A DNA stretch of 64,000 nucleotides, counting the filler, from a bacterium (GTDB lineage Bacteria; JBBIVP01), in assembly GCA_037439705.1 (NCBI GenBank). It is 4 parts of 4 records of this genome, joined end to end, with 100 filler letters (N's around TTAATTAATTAA, not from the genome) between each part and the next. Parts side by side here need not be neighbours in the genome. Positions count along the whole stretch, not along the records: positions 19,779 to 39,219 come from JBBIVP010000017.1; 3 more parts are not named here. The stretch is one strand, 5' to 3'. The position numbers and the translations under genes were made by a program. The notes under the pieces are model-generated. The model saw only the letters and a program-made list of their open reading frames with translations. It was not told the origin of the DNA and searched no databases. Positions 19,893-30,430 of this stretch are shown here, in pieces (position 1 is the stretch's first letter; each line of letters opens with the position of its first letter).

Positions 19893-21224
19893 GTGGCGAA
19901 AGTTGGAAAAAAGGTTTACCTTCTTAATCTTGGATGTCCGAAAAATCTCATTGATTCCGAGATAATAGTTTCTTCTTTGAAAAGTAGTGGTTTTGATTTC
20001 ACCGTCCACCCGGAAGAAGCAGACTTTGCCATAATTAATACATGTGGATTTATTAAGTCTGCAATGGATGAAGCAAAGGGTTATATAGATGAATTTTTGA
20101 AGAAAAAAAGAAATGGAGAAATCTCAAAGCTCATTGTTGCTGGATGCCTTCCACAGAGATTGAAGGACTCAATAAAAAATTTATATCCTGAGGTGGACCA
20201 TTTTGTCGGGGTGAACGACATTCTCATGATTCCTGATATTTTGAAGAAAGATAGAAAGGAGAAAATTTTCCTCTCCCCCAAACATCTTCGCTATGACCGC
20301 CTTCAAAGAACTGTAAGCACATATCCTTATGCCTATTTAAAAATATCAGAGGGATGTTCAAAGAGGTGTTCCTTCTGCACAATTCCTTTTATAAGAGGAC
20401 CATACAGGAGCAGGAAAATAGAGGATATAAAAAGGGAGTGTGAGTCCCTTGTGGAAATGGGTTACAAAGAAATAATCCTCGTATCTCAGGATACTACATT
20501 TTACGGAAAGGACATTTACGGAAAGCCATCTCTTGTTTCCCTTCTTTCTTCCCTTGAAAAGATAAAGGAACTAAAATGGATAAGGCTTCTTTATTGCTAT
20601 CCGAGATATTTTGATGAACCCCTTATAAGAAAAATAAAAGAATCTGATAAAATCGTCAAATACCTTGACATCCCAATTCAACACATATCTGGAAAAGTCC
20701 TTAGATTAATGAAAAGAGGAACCCATCCTGATTACATAAAAAAACTGATTGAAAAACTGAGAAAAGAGATAAATGGAATTTTTTTGAGGACATCTCTAAT
20801 AGTTGGCTTTCCAGGGGAGGAGAAAAAGGATTTTGAAGACCTCAAGAGATTTATTCAGGATTATCCTTTTGATTATCTTGGCGTTTTTCCGTATTCCGAT
20901 GAAGAAGGAACTCCTGCATTTAATATGGGCAAAAAACTGAAACGGGAAGAGGTAGAGAAAAGGGTTATTGAGATAGAAGAGTTGCAGAGGAAAATTTCAA
21001 GAAGGTTGAACAGAAAAAGGGTTGGAAAGGTATATGAGGCGGTTGTTGATGAAAAACATAAAGAATGCGAGAATATCTATATATCCAGAATCTACGGTCA
21101 GGCTCCTGAAATTGACGGCATTACCTACCTTCATGGAAGGGATTTGAAAATAGGAGAATTTTTAAAGGTCCGAATAATAAAAGCCTTTGACTATGATCTT
21201 GAAGGGGTGAAATTAAATGGATAA
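19893..21224 (+). CDS. rimO: Ribosomal protein S12 methylthiotransferase
   Basis: LGCPKNLIDSE, INTCGFI, KISEGCSKRCSFC, QAPEIDG in the TRAM domain. Confidence 0.93.
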   Translation: MAKVGKKVYLLNLGCPKNLIDSEIIVSSLKSSGFDFTVHPEEADFAIINTCGFIKSAMDEAKGYIDEFLKKKRNGEISKLIVAGCLPQRLKDSIKNLYPEVDHFVGVNDILMIPDILKKDRKEKIFLSPKHLRYDRLQRTVSTYPYAYLKISEGCSKRCSFCTIPFIRGPYRSRKIEDIKRECESLVEMGYKEIILVSQDTTFYGKDIYGKPSLVSLLSSLEKIKELKWIRLLYCYPRYFDEPLIRKIKESDKIVKYLDIPIQHISGKVLRLMKRGTHPDYIKKLIEKLRKEINGIFLRTSLIVGFPGEEKKDFEDLKRFIQDYPFDYLGVFPYSDEEGTPAFNMGKKLKREEVEKRVIEIEELQRKISRRLNRKRVGKVYEAVVDEKHKECENIYISRIYGQAPEIDGITYLHGRDLKIGEFLKVRIIKAFDYDLEGVKLNG

Positions 21225-21267
21225 AAAGGTTTTTGCATAAAAAGAATTTTTTTGAGAAAATGATTTC

Positions 21268-22674
21268 ATGGATTACAGAAATATAACCACACTTGGAGAA
21301 CTCAAAAAAAGCGGATACAGAACCAAAAAGGTAAAAAAGGAAATAAGGCTCAATCTTATAAAAAAAATTGAATCAGGAGAGGAGATTTTTTATGACATAA
21401 TAGGCTACGATGAAACAGTTTTGCCCTATCTTATAAATGCACTCCTATCAGGTCATAACATAATATTCCTTGGAGAAAGGGGACAGGCGAAATCCAGATT
21501 GATAAGAAGGATTGTTGACCTGCTTGATGAGTTCATTCCAATTGTTGAGGGATGCGAAATAAACGATGACCCATTTAACCCTGTCTGCCCGAGATGTAGG
21601 AGACTCCTTGAAGAAAGAGGAAATTCTCTCCCAGTTGAATGGCTTCCAAAGCACAGAAGGTATGGAGAGAAGCTCGCCACACCAGATACCACTGTTAGCG
21701 ACCTCATAGGTGAAATAGACCCTGTAAGAGTTGCGGAAGGGAGAAGACTTGGCGACCCTGAAACAATTCATTACGGATTGATACCGAGAACAAACAGGGG
21801 AATTTTTGCAATAAACGAACTTCCAGACCTTCCTGAAAGGATTCAGGTTAGTTTGTTCAACCTTCTTGAAGAGGGAGACATGCAGATAAAAGGATATAAA
21901 CTTTATATGCCAATGGATATTCTTGTCCTTGCTTCAGCGAATCCCGAGGATTACACAAATAGGGGAAGGATAGTAACTCCTTTAAAGGACAGATTTGATG
22001 TTCAGATAAGAACCCATTACCCTTTAAATATAGAAACTGAAATAAAAATAATGGAGCAGGAAGGAAAGGTTAAAATACCGGAGGGATATGAATTGAGATT
22101 TCCATATTTTATGAAGGAGGTGATAGCAAATATAACATTTGAAGCGAGGAGAAGCCCCGAAGTAAATCAGAGGTCAGGAGTGAGCGTCAGGATGAGTATT
22201 GCAAATTATGAGGCAATCATAACAAATGCTTTCAAAAGGGCTTTGAAACTTAAAGAAAAGGAGTTTGCTCCGAGAATCTCCGACCTCCATGCCATTATCC
22301 CATCCACCATGGGAAAAATAGAACTGGAATACACAGGTGATGAATTGAACGAAGTGATGCTCATACAAAAATTTATAAAAAATTCGGTCAGAAAGGTTTT
22401 TGATTTATATTTGAATGTTGACCTTCTCCAAAATGTGGTTCTTGCATTTGAAAAAGGATTGACCTTTGCAGTTTCGGATGAGACCCCCCTTTCGGTTTAT
22501 ACAGAATTTTTATCAAAACTTGATGGAACAAAAGAAATTTTGATGGAAAAGCTTCATATAGAAGATGTTCCTTCAGAACTTGCATGTGCTATAGAACTCA
22601 TGCTTGATGGACTCTATCTTCACAGGAAAATTTCAAGGGAAACATTAAAAGGCGGATTTCTTTTTAGAATATGA
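21268..22674 (+). CDS. Mg-chelatase subunit I-like AAA+ ATPase
   Basis: Degenerate Walker A GERGQAKS, INELPDL, SANPEDYTNRGRI, SGVSVR; paired with a vWA gene. Confidence 0.85.
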   Translation: MDYRNITTLGELKKSGYRTKKVKKEIRLNLIKKIESGEEIFYDIIGYDETVLPYLINALLSGHNIIFLGERGQAKSRLIRRIVDLLDEFIPIVEGCEINDDPFNPVCPRCRRLLEERGNSLPVEWLPKHRRYGEKLATPDTTVSDLIGEIDPVRVAEGRRLGDPETIHYGLIPRTNRGIFAINELPDLPERIQVSLFNLLEEGDMQIKGYKLYMPMDILVLASANPEDYTNRGRIVTPLKDRFDVQIRTHYPLNIETEIKIMEQEGKVKIPEGYELRFPYFMKEVIANITFEARRSPEVNQRSGVSVRMSIANYEAIITNAFKRALKLKEKEFAPRISDLHAIIPSTMGKIELEYTGDELNEVMLIQKFIKNSVRKVFDLYLNVDLLQNVVLAFEKGLTFAVSDETPLSVYTEFLSKLDGTKEILMEKLHIEDVPSELACAIELMLDGLYLHRKISRETLKGGFLFRI

Positions 22675-24215
22675 AATTCATTTATAAATCAAGGGAAAAA
22701 TCTTCTGAGGGTCTCGGTGAGTTAAGTAAGGAAGAGGTGTTTAAGAAGTTCAGTGAGGAACTGTTTGAAAAAGGAAGTGTTGAATCTGCCATTGAGGAAA
22801 TGATGAGAAAAGGCATAAAATTTTCATCCTCTGAAAAGATAAGCGGAACTGATGATATTTCAAAAGCCCTTGAGGAAGCAAGAAACTCTATTATGAATAA
22901 GTTCAACATAAAGGATTTTCTTAAAGACTTGAGAAATAATCTTTCGGAGATTGCAAAAAAAATGGGGAGGGAAGATATAATAGAAAAGCTGAAAAGTGGT
23001 GGTTCAATAAAATCAGCGATTTCTGAGATGGAGGACAAATTAAAAACGAAGGAAATGAAGATTCATAAAGAAAGGAAAGAGGGATATGAAAGGATTGAAA
23101 ATTTTAAGAAGAAATATCCCTTTCTGTTCAATAAGGGAGAAATCCCGGAATATGAGGAACTTCTTTATTACATAGATAAAATAGAAACCCTGAATTCCAT
23201 GATTGAGGCTTTGAAATCTGGAAATTTTGATAAAGTGGATGTGGAAAAAATGGAGGAAATTCTGGGAAAGAAATTCAGAGATGAGTTGAACCTTTTAAAG
23301 GAAATAAAGGAATTCATAAGAGACCCCTCAATCACAAGGGAAGAGGGAGGGGTTTTAAAACTTACTCCAAAGAGCATAAGAAAAATAGGAGAAAATGCTT
23401 TAAAAGACATCTTTTCAGTCCTCAAGAATTCAAGGGCTGGTGAGCATCTTTCATCATGGAGAGGAGGGGTTGAAGTAAGGTATGAGGAGTCAAAGCCATA
23501 CGAGGATGAAGAATTTTCTCATATCAATATCCCGGGAACCATTTTCAGGACATTTAAAAGGAGAATTATAAAGGGGGGTCCTTCTCTCATTCCAGAGGAC
23601 TTTCTTCTATTTGAAAGGGAGAAAAACATCAGAACTTCCCTTGCCCTTCTTCTTGATATGAGCTGGTCAATGTCGTGGAACAACAAGTTTACTGCTGCAA
23701 AAAAGGTAGCATGTGCTTTGAATCATCTCATCAGGACAAAATTTCCGAAGGATAATTTATATATTATAGGATTTTTTACAACCGCTGTGCTTTTGAAAGA
23801 AGATGAGTTGCTTTATACCGAACTCAATCCTGCCGAGCCATTTACCAATATCCAGCTTGCCCTTCAGCTTGCTCAGAAACTTCTTTCATCAGACCCAAAT
23901 CAGAACAAACAGATTATTCTCATCACTGACGGTCAGCCAACTGCTTATTGTTACAAGGGCACCATACATGTAGAATGGCCTGTATTTGGAATAAGTCCAA
24001 ATGCGGTAAGGGAAACGATAAAAGAGGTTAAAATTCTTACAAAAAAGGGAATAAAGATAAACACATTTATGGTTGATGACAATCCCTATCTCATTAGACT
24101 CGTGGATGAGATTGTTCGTATAAATGGTGGAAGGGTTTTCTATACAACACCGAACGAACTTGGAAAATACCTTTTAGTGGATTACATTTCAAGGAAAAGA
24201 AAAATTGTTATTTGA
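22671..24215 (+). CDS. vWA domain protein, partner of the ATPase
   Basis: MIDAS DMSWSM, TNIQLAL, ITDGQPTA; ATGA overlap. Confidence 0.85.
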   Translation: MKFIYKSREKSSEGLGELSKEEVFKKFSEELFEKGSVESAIEEMMRKGIKFSSSEKISGTDDISKALEEARNSIMNKFNIKDFLKDLRNNLSEIAKKMGREDIIEKLKSGGSIKSAISEMEDKLKTKEMKIHKERKEGYERIENFKKKYPFLFNKGEIPEYEELLYYIDKIETLNSMIEALKSGNFDKVDVEKMEEILGKKFRDELNLLKEIKEFIRDPSITREEGGVLKLTPKSIRKIGENALKDIFSVLKNSRAGEHLSSWRGGVEVRYEESKPYEDEEFSHINIPGTIFRTFKRRIIKGGPSLIPEDFLLFEREKNIRTSLALLLDMSWSMSWNNKFTAAKKVACALNHLIRTKFPKDNLYIIGFFTTAVLLKEDELLYTELNPAEPFTNIQLALQLAQKLLSSDPNQNKQIILITDGQPTAYCYKGTIHVEWPVFGISPNAVRETIKEVKILTKKGIKINTFMVDDNPYLIRLVDEIVRINGGRVFYTTPNELGKYLLVDYISRKRKIVI

Positions 24216-24280
24216 ATAAATTGCAAAAGGTTGATAGGCACTTCTCAATAATTTTGTATCCGTTTTATTAGGAGGAATGT

Positions 24281-24358
24281 ATGGAGAGTGAGAAAGTGGT
24301 GCTTGAAAAAATAAATAAAATTCTTGATTACTTTCACATATTGTATAAAATGAGGTAA
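24281..24358 (+). CDS. Possible 25-aa small ORF (MESEKVVLEKINKILDYFHILYKMR)
   Basis: AGGAGG at 24270-24275, 5 nt before the ATG; below the ORF-track size cutoff. Confidence 0.3.
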   Translation: MESEKVVLEKINKILDYFHILYKMR

Positions 24359-24376
24359 AAAATTAAGAAATTGACT

Positions 24377-26866
24377 ATGGAATTCAGAGGATACAACCCA
24401 AAAGAAATTGAGAAAAAGTGGCAGAGGAAGTGGGAGGAAGACAGGGTTTTCTATGTAAAGGAGGAGGGCAAAAAATTTTACCTTCTTGAAATGTTTCCAT
24501 ATCCATCAGGAAAAATTCACATGGGGCATGTGAGAAATTATACAATCGGAGATGCGATAGCGAGATATCTATTTATGAAAGGATACAATGTCCTTCACCC
24601 GATGGGATGGGACGCCTTCGGTCTTCCTGCGGAAAATGCTGCCATTAAACATGGCATGCATCCCGCTGTCTGGACAAAAAACAACATAGACCACATGAGA
24701 AAACAGCTGAAATCTCTGGGTTTATCCTATGATTGGTCAAGGGAGATTTCAACCTGTGAACCTTCCTATTACAGATGGGAGCAGAAAATTTTTATTGAGA
24801 TGTTCAAAAGGGGACTTGCTTACAGAAAGAGGGGGCTTGTTAATTGGTGTCCGGACTGTGCTACGGTTCTTGCAAATGAGCAAGTGGAGGGAGGAGTTTG
24901 CTGGAGATGTGGTTCCCCTGTAACCTTCAGAGAACTTGAACAGTGGTATTTCAAAATTACAGCCTACGCTGAAGAACTCCTTCAGGGATTGAAAACCCTT
25001 AAGGGAAAATGGCCTGAAAGGGTTTTGATTATGCAGGAAAACTGGATTGGTAAGTCCGAGGGTGCTGAATGTTCATTTCCAATTGAAAACGGAGAAGGTG
25101 TTATAACTGTTTTTACAACAAGGCTTGATACAGTTTATGGAGCCACATTTATGAGCCTTGCTCCGGAGCATCCCCTTGTTATCAAACTCGCAGAAGGTAC
25201 ACCTTGTGAAAGTGCTGTTAAAAATTTTGTAGATGAATGTTTGAGAAAGAGGCTTATTAACAAGGAAACAACCGAGAAGGAGGGTGTCTGGACAGGAAAG
25301 TGTTGCATAAATCCATTTACAGGATGGAAGATGCCAATATATGTCGCTAATTTTGTCCTAATGGAATATGGAACAGGTGCTGTTATGGCTGTGCCCGCTC
25401 ATGACCAGAGGGATTTTGAGTTCGCAAAAAAATACGGACTTCCCATAAAGGTGGTTGTTAACCCGATTGACAAATTTTTAAAAGAAGAAGACCTTGAAAG
25501 AGCCTATGAGGAAGATGGAATTCTGGTGAATTCGGGTCCATTTTCAGGGCTTCATAGCGCAGTTGCGCGGGAAAAAATTGCAGAGTTCATAAAGGAGAAG
25601 GGATGGGGCAGAAAGATGGTTAATTATAAAATAAAAGACTGGGGGATTTCCCGGCAGAGATACTGGGGCGCTCCCATTCCTGTAGTCCATTGCAAAAATT
25701 GTGGAATTCAACCTGTAAAAGAAGAAGACCTTCCTGTGATTCTTCCGGAGAATGTGATAATAAGCGGAAAGGGCGAGTCTCCGTTGAAAAGTGTTCCTGA
25801 GTTTGTAAAAACCTCCTGCCCAAAATGCGGTGGTGAAGCGGAAAGAGAGACTGATACCATGGATACATTTGTTGAATCTTCGTGGTACTTTTTGAGGTAT
25901 GCTTCACCGGATGAACATAATGCTCCTTTTGATAGAAAGAGGGTTAAATACTGGCTTCCGGTTGACCTTTACATAGGAGGAATTGAACATGCTGTTCTCC
26001 ATCTGTTGTATGCAAGATTTTTCGTAAAAGTTTTGAGGGACCTTGGATACATAGATTTTGATGAACCATTTCTCAGTTTGTTAACCCAGGGAATGGTAAT
26101 AAAAGACGGAAAGAAGATGAGCAAGTCTTACGGAAATGTGGTGGAACCAGATGAAATAATTGAAAAATATGGAGCGGATACAGGGAGACTTTTTATACTT
26201 TTTGCTTCTCCACCTGAAAGGGACCTTGAGTGGAGTGAACAGGGAGTGGAGGGGTGTTTCAGGTTCATAAATAGGGTATGGAGGACTTTTTTCAATATAA
26301 TAAATATTATTAAATCTTCTAATGGTATAAAAGAAGAAAGACACGAGATTATGAAAGCGTTCCATCAGACAATAAAGAGAATTACTGACGAATTTGATTC
26401 CAGATATCACTTCAATACAGCCATAAGCGGAATAATGGAATTTCTGAATACCCTTACTTCTTTTCTGGATAGAAAAAACGGAAAATTTGAGCCGCAGGAT
26501 ATCTTTGCACTGAAGGAGGTTGCCTATCACCTTCCGATTATTCTCTCGCCTTTTGCTCCATATGTGTCCGAAGAGATGTGGAGTATTCTTAAAGAAGTTG
26601 ACGAAAGGGCAAAGGCGTATCCCTATGTTTCAAGGCATCCATGGCCATCTTACAATCCTGAAATTATAGCGGAAGAGTTCATTAATATTCCTGTCCAGGT
26701 AAATGGAAAACTGAGGGGCATTATAAGGGTTAAAAAGGATGAAGAGGAAGAAGAGGTTTTCAGGATTGCGTTTTCAGACCCGAAAATTCAAAAATATCTC
26801 GTGGAGAAAAAGATTTTGAAGAAAGTCTACCAAAAGAATAAAATACTTAACATAGTGGTAGAATGA
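24377..26866 (+). CDS. leuS: Leucyl-tRNA synthetase
   Basis: MFPYPSG, HMGH, editing-domain [20 protein letters not shown]; alternative start TTG 24371. Confidence 0.97.
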   Translation: MEFRGYNPKEIEKKWQRKWEEDRVFYVKEEGKKFYLLEMFPYPSGKIHMGHVRNYTIGDAIARYLFMKGYNVLHPMGWDAFGLPAENAAIKHGMHPAVWTKNNIDHMRKQLKSLGLSYDWSREISTCEPSYYRWEQKIFIEMFKRGLAYRKRGLVNWCPDCATVLANEQVEGGVCWRCGSPVTFRELEQWYFKITAYAEELLQGLKTLKGKWPERVLIMQENWIGKSEGAECSFPIENGEGVITVFTTRLDTVYGATFMSLAPEHPLVIKLAEGTPCESAVKNFVDECLRKRLINKETTEKEGVWTGKCCINPFTGWKMPIYVANFVLMEYGTGAVMAVPAHDQRDFEFAKKYGLPIKVVVNPIDKFLKEEDLERAYEEDGILVNSGPFSGLHSAVAREKIAEFIKEKGWGRKMVNYKIKDWGISRQRYWGAPIPVVHCKNCGIQPVKEEDLPVILPENVIISGKGESPLKSVPEFVKTSCPKCGGEAERETDTMDTFVESSWYFLRYASPDEHNAPFDRKRVKYWLPVDLYIGGIEHAVLHLLYARFFVKVLRDLGYIDFDEPFLSLLTQGMVIKDGKKMSKSYGNVVEPDEIIEKYGADTGRLFILFASPPERDLEWSEQGVEGCFRFINRVWRTFFNIINIIKSSNGIKEERHEIMKAFHQTIKRITDEFDSRYHFNTAISGIMEFLNTLTSFLDRKNGKFEPQDIFALKEVAYHLPIILSPFAPYVSEEMWSILKEVDERAKAYPYVSRHPWPSYNPEIIAEEFINIPVQVNGKLRGIIRVKKDEEEEEVFRIAFSDPKIQKYLVEKKILKKVYQKNKILNIVVE

Positions 26867-26876
26867 GGAGGAAAAG

Positions 26877-27056
26877 ATGAGTATAAAAAAGGAACTGCTT
26901 GAAATCCTTGCATGTCCAAAGTGCAAGGGAGATATAGAACTTTCAAAAAAGGGGGATTCACTTATATGCAGGAAGTGCTCCCTCAAGTATGAAATAAAAG
27001 ATGGAATCCCTGTAATGCTAATTGATGAGGCAAAACCTCTTGAAGAAGGGGATTAG
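26877..27056 (+). CDS. Trm112/YcaR-family protein (59 aa, absent from ORF track)
   Basis: Own translation MSIKKELLEILACPKCKG..LICRKC..YEIKDGIPVMLIDEA; GAGGAGG RBS. Confidence 0.88.
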   Translation: MSIKKELLEILACPKCKGDIELSKKGDSLICRKCSLKYEIKDGIPVMLIDEAKPLEEGD

Positions 27057-27061
27057 TTTTA

Positions 27062-27694
27062 ATGCTTAAAATTTTTTATCTTTCTTTTTCCATAATTTTC
27101 TTAATTACCACATTGGTAATTTTTGTTTTAAGGAAATCTGAAATGCTGTTAAGGGCTTTCATTTTTTCAATTGCTGTGTCCGGATTGTTTGTGGGAATAC
27201 TTTCTCTCAATCTTTTTCCGGTTTTGGGAAGTTTTTTTCCCATTTACGGGCGTACGGAGAAAAAAGAATCGGAATGCAGGACAAGGTTCAGAATGCCATT
27301 TACATCCTCTCAGGAAGTGAAAAAAATTTTTTTGCTGAAATCTGTGCTTGAAATAGAAAATTTGGATAAGTTTTTTGAAGGACTTGACCCGATTTTGAGA
27401 GAAAGGATTTTTTCTGCTATGGATGGGTATTTAGAAAATATGGATGTATGTGGTGCAAGAAAATTTCTGGAATCAGCCTTCGGCATAAGACCTGCTACCA
27501 ATTTCATGTTGAAGGCAAAGGAACATATAGAACCCGAAATGATTTTCAGATGGTTAAAAGGGGCAGAGGGGTTTATCTTTGAAAACAAGCTTCTCCTCTC
27601 TCCTCAAAAATTAGTTGAAATGTTTCCGGACGGGCTCACCGGAAACTTTGAGATATCGGAAGGGAGGGTTATAATCCACATAGAGAAAAAGTGA
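27062..27694 (+). CDS. Hypothetical membrane protein
   Basis: Two N-terminal hydrophobic segments, soluble C-terminus. Confidence 0.6.
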   Translation: MLKIFYLSFSIIFLITTLVIFVLRKSEMLLRAFIFSIAVSGLFVGILSLNLFPVLGSFFPIYGRTEKKESECRTRFRMPFTSSQEVKKIFLLKSVLEIENLDKFFEGLDPILRERIFSAMDGYLENMDVCGARKFLESAFGIRPATNFMLKAKEHIEPEMIFRWLKGAEGFIFENKLLLSPQKLVEMFPDGLTGNFEISEGRVIIHIEKK

Positions 27695-27803
27695 ATTCGC
27701 AGAAAGAAACTCGGAGATTTGGTGAGAGAGCCGGGGCTTGTAATAACTTATACACCTTATTGAAGAAATTATAATAGAAGAATAAAATGAGAGGAGGTGA
27801 TTT

Positions 27804-28388
27804 ATGGTTGAGGTTGATGTTTTCTGGACATTTGGAATAGGAGCACTTTTTGCCACAGCAGCTTACAAGGAAATAAGAAAGGAAAGGGAAGAAGGTAAGA
27901 AGTGGTATGAGACGAAATCTTTTCTTTACAATCTCCTTTTTCATTCCGTGCTGTTTGTTCCATCAGGGGTGTACCTGCTGTGGGCAAATACTGGTTGGGA
28001 GACGATGTATATGCTGAACAAAAATATGCCTGCAATAATTCCCTGCCTGTTTGCGATGACGAACATACTCTTTGCAATACTTGGATACCGGGTGGCATAC
28101 GGTTTTGTGGTGAGCGGAAAGATGAAACTTGCTAATCTCACATGGATGTTTGGATGGGGCATGATGCTTTTCATACTTCTTGTAGGATGGAAAAGATTTC
28201 TCTATGCAGGAACCTTTACTGACTGGAATGGAGAGGTTATAAACTGGTTTTCATATGTGGCTGAACCTGTAAAACATTACAGATTGATTGACTTTTTTTC
28301 CTTCCATATCTTTTATGCACTCATTGGAATGGGTATCTTTTTCGTACCGGCAATTGCTATTCCTTTAATAATATGGTTGAGACGATAA
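27804..28388 (+). CDS. Hypothetical multi-TM membrane protein
   Basis: Strong GGAGGTGA RBS; about 5 TM segments; VDVFW and WETM motifs. Confidence 0.75.
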   Translation: MVEVDVFWTFGIGALFATAAYKEIRKEREEGKKWYETKSFLYNLLFHSVLFVPSGVYLLWANTGWETMYMLNKNMPAIIPCLFAMTNILFAILGYRVAYGFVVSGKMKLANLTWMFGWGMMLFILLVGWKRFLYAGTFTDWNGEVINWFSYVAEPVKHYRLIDFFSFHIFYALIGMGIFFVPAIAIPLIIWLRR

Positions 28389-28405
28389 CCTGTAATAGGT
28401 GAGCC

Positions 28406-28984
28406 ATGTTTAATGTCCCGGAAAATATTGAAGTGAAGGAGTTTTTTGAGAGGGTTGTTCCTGAGACCATTGGTCCTCTTCTTCGTGATAATCCCGTAAA
28501 AGGGATGGAGGGAACCGAATTCAGACTTCAGTTTAACATAACAGGGGAAGGTGGAGGTATCTACAGTATTAAGGTAAAAGATGGAAAGGAAATGGAAGTT
28601 GTTTCAGGTGGAATTTCAGAGCCTCACATAGAAATTGAGATTTCTGAAAAAAACTGGCGTGAGGCAATTACGGGAAAGGTAGAAGGTGTAATGGATATAT
28701 TTTTCTCTCCGCAGAGGGCTTCAAGGAATCAGTTTGAAGCGTTGAAAAACATAAAAGGGGTTATGATTGCGGAATTTGATAGAGATTATGAATCCCCGTT
28801 TTTTGTGAAGTTGAAATTTAACAATGCGGAGGCTCCTCAGGTTAAGTTTAAACTTCGTCTCTCAGATTACATTGCAATAATTAAGGGACAGTTAGATCGG
28901 GTCAATGCTTTTATGATGGGTAAAATTAGAATAGAAGGAGATATGGGATTTGCGATGAAGCTGAATCAGTTGATGACAACTTGA
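28406..28984 (+). CDS. Tandem SCP2 (sterol carrier protein 2) domain protein
   Basis: QFNITGEGGG.Y.I.V.DG and C-terminal AFMMGKIRIEGDMGFAMKL. Confidence 0.85.
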   Translation: MFNVPENIEVKEFFERVVPETIGPLLRDNPVKGMEGTEFRLQFNITGEGGGIYSIKVKDGKEMEVVSGGISEPHIEIEISEKNWREAITGKVEGVMDIFFSPQRASRNQFEALKNIKGVMIAEFDRDYESPFFVKLKFNNAEAPQVKFKLRLSDYIAIIKGQLDRVNAFMMGKIRIEGDMGFAMKLNQLMTT

Positions 28985-30201
28985 GGAGGGATGAAAAACC
29001 TGTGAGAAGGGATGCGGGGCTTATTTTAGTCTGTGTATTTTGTGGATGGAATGAAATTGCTTACGCAATTCCCTTTGATTCACTTGTTGATAAGTATTCA
29101 TATTACATTAACCCTATCGTTAATAAGTACTACTCAGGAGATAAGAGTAAGTTCATCTCTGAGTTAAAGTTGCTCTATAACGATTTCGTGCGCATAAAAA
29201 ATATGATTGAACCAAAGGTAAAAGAGCACGGTCCATACTCACTTAAAATAGGGACCTTGGCCCCGAAAGGAACAGCGTGGCTCTCAGTTGTTGAAACACT
29301 GATCGTTCCGTTCATAAATGACCTTACCGACGGAGCATTGAAAATCATAGTTTACCCGAGCGGGACCATGGGAGAGGATAGAGATATAATAAGGAAGATA
29401 AAATTAAATCAACTGCACGGGTGCGGGTGTACCATACAGGGAGTTATTATGGTAAGTCCTGAAATGGCTGTGCTTACCATGCCTTTTATGTTTAATAAGT
29501 ATGAGGAAGTGGATGCAGTTATAGGAGCATTGAAAGATGAATTTGCAGATATTTTCAAAAAGAAAAATTATTATTTGTTTGCTCTCATAGATACAGGATT
29601 TTTCTATATATTTACGAGGAATAAAATAGAAACTTTTGAAGAACTTTCAAAACAGAAATTCTGCACATGGTTTGGTGAGCTGGAAATAGAATTACTACAT
29701 TCACTGAACATCGCCCCTTTTTCAATTCCCGTTCCTGAAATTCCAAATGCATTGCACCTGGGAGTTCTCTATGCGATACTTGCCCCGCCTTCGTGGGTTT
29801 TGGGAACGCAGAGTTTTACAGCGTTAAAATATTATGTAGAAATCCCTATGATGTACGCTCCTGCAGCGATTTTTTTCAATGTGAAAAGTCTTTACAGAGA
29901 GGGTGATGAATATGGGCTTTCGGGTACCGAAATTGACAGGATATTAAATGGGATAACAAAAATGGTTAAAATTTTACATCTTGAAGATTACTGGAATGAG
30001 CAGTTGAGAAATTTTGAAAGAGAAGCACTTGACGGATTTTTAAAATACGGGTTAGTTCCATTAAAATTAAAAGATGTTGAGGTTGAAAAAATTAAGAATA
30101 AGGCATTGAGTGTGCTCGAAAGTAAAATGGGCAATTATTTTTCAGCAGAACTGCACAAAAAGGTTTTAAATGCATTGAATGCATATAGAAGTTCACATTG
30201 A
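28981..30201 (+). CDS. TRAP DctP-family substrate-binding protein (TatP-like) with N-terminal extension
   Basis: LKIGTLAPKGTAW, YPSGTMGEDRDIIRKIK..QLHG, MPFMF; start codon uncertain. Confidence 0.75.
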   Translation: MRRDEKPVRRDAGLILVCVFCGWNEIAYAIPFDSLVDKYSYYINPIVNKYYSGDKSKFISELKLLYNDFVRIKNMIEPKVKEHGPYSLKIGTLAPKGTAWLSVVETLIVPFINDLTDGALKIIVYPSGTMGEDRDIIRKIKLNQLHGCGCTIQGVIMVSPEMAVLTMPFMFNKYEEVDAVIGALKDEFADIFKKKNYYLFALIDTGFFYIFTRNKIETFEELSKQKFCTWFGELEIELLHSLNIAPFSIPVPEIPNALHLGVLYAILAPPSWVLGTQSFTALKYYVEIPMMYAPAAIFFNVKSLYREGDEYGLSGTEIDRILNGITKMVKILHLEDYWNEQLRNFEREALDGFLKYGLVPLKLKDVEVEKIKNKALSVLESKMGNYFSAELHKKVLNALNAYRSSH

Positions 30202-30281
30202 GAGATAGATAAAGAGGTGACCTTTAAAAAACTCAAATTTTGAAGTTTTCAAAGAATTTTTCTTCGCACAGTTCTCTTTTC

Positions 30282-30341
30282 GGCTACAAAAGTGTTCCCT
30301 GCTGACTCTCAGCAGATTCACACCTTACATTTCCTGTAGCC
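30282..30341 (-). ncRNA. Candidate structured intergenic element (60-nt nested hairpin)
   Basis: GGCTACA/TGTAGCC outer stem, GTGT/ACAC middle stem, CTGCTGA/TCAGCAG inner stem; extra G-U pairs on the minus strand. Confidence 0.35.
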
Positions 30342-30359
30342 CATGTCTTAACCTGTTTT

Positions 30360-30388
30360 TTGACTATTAATTTTGAAAGTTATATAAT
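30360..30388 (+). promoter_or_regulatory. sigma70 promoter
   Basis: TTGACT-17-TATAAT. Confidence 0.7.
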
Positions 30389-30430
30389 TTATTCATGTTT
30401 TTGGAAAAACTTATACTTTTGAGGTGAAAG

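Noticed and set aside
30292-30323. GTGTTCCC.. palindrome resembling a type I-E CRISPR repeat or part of a c-di-AMP riboswitch
   Set aside because: Single copy with no spacers or cas genes; the riboswitch's other conserved blocks are missing
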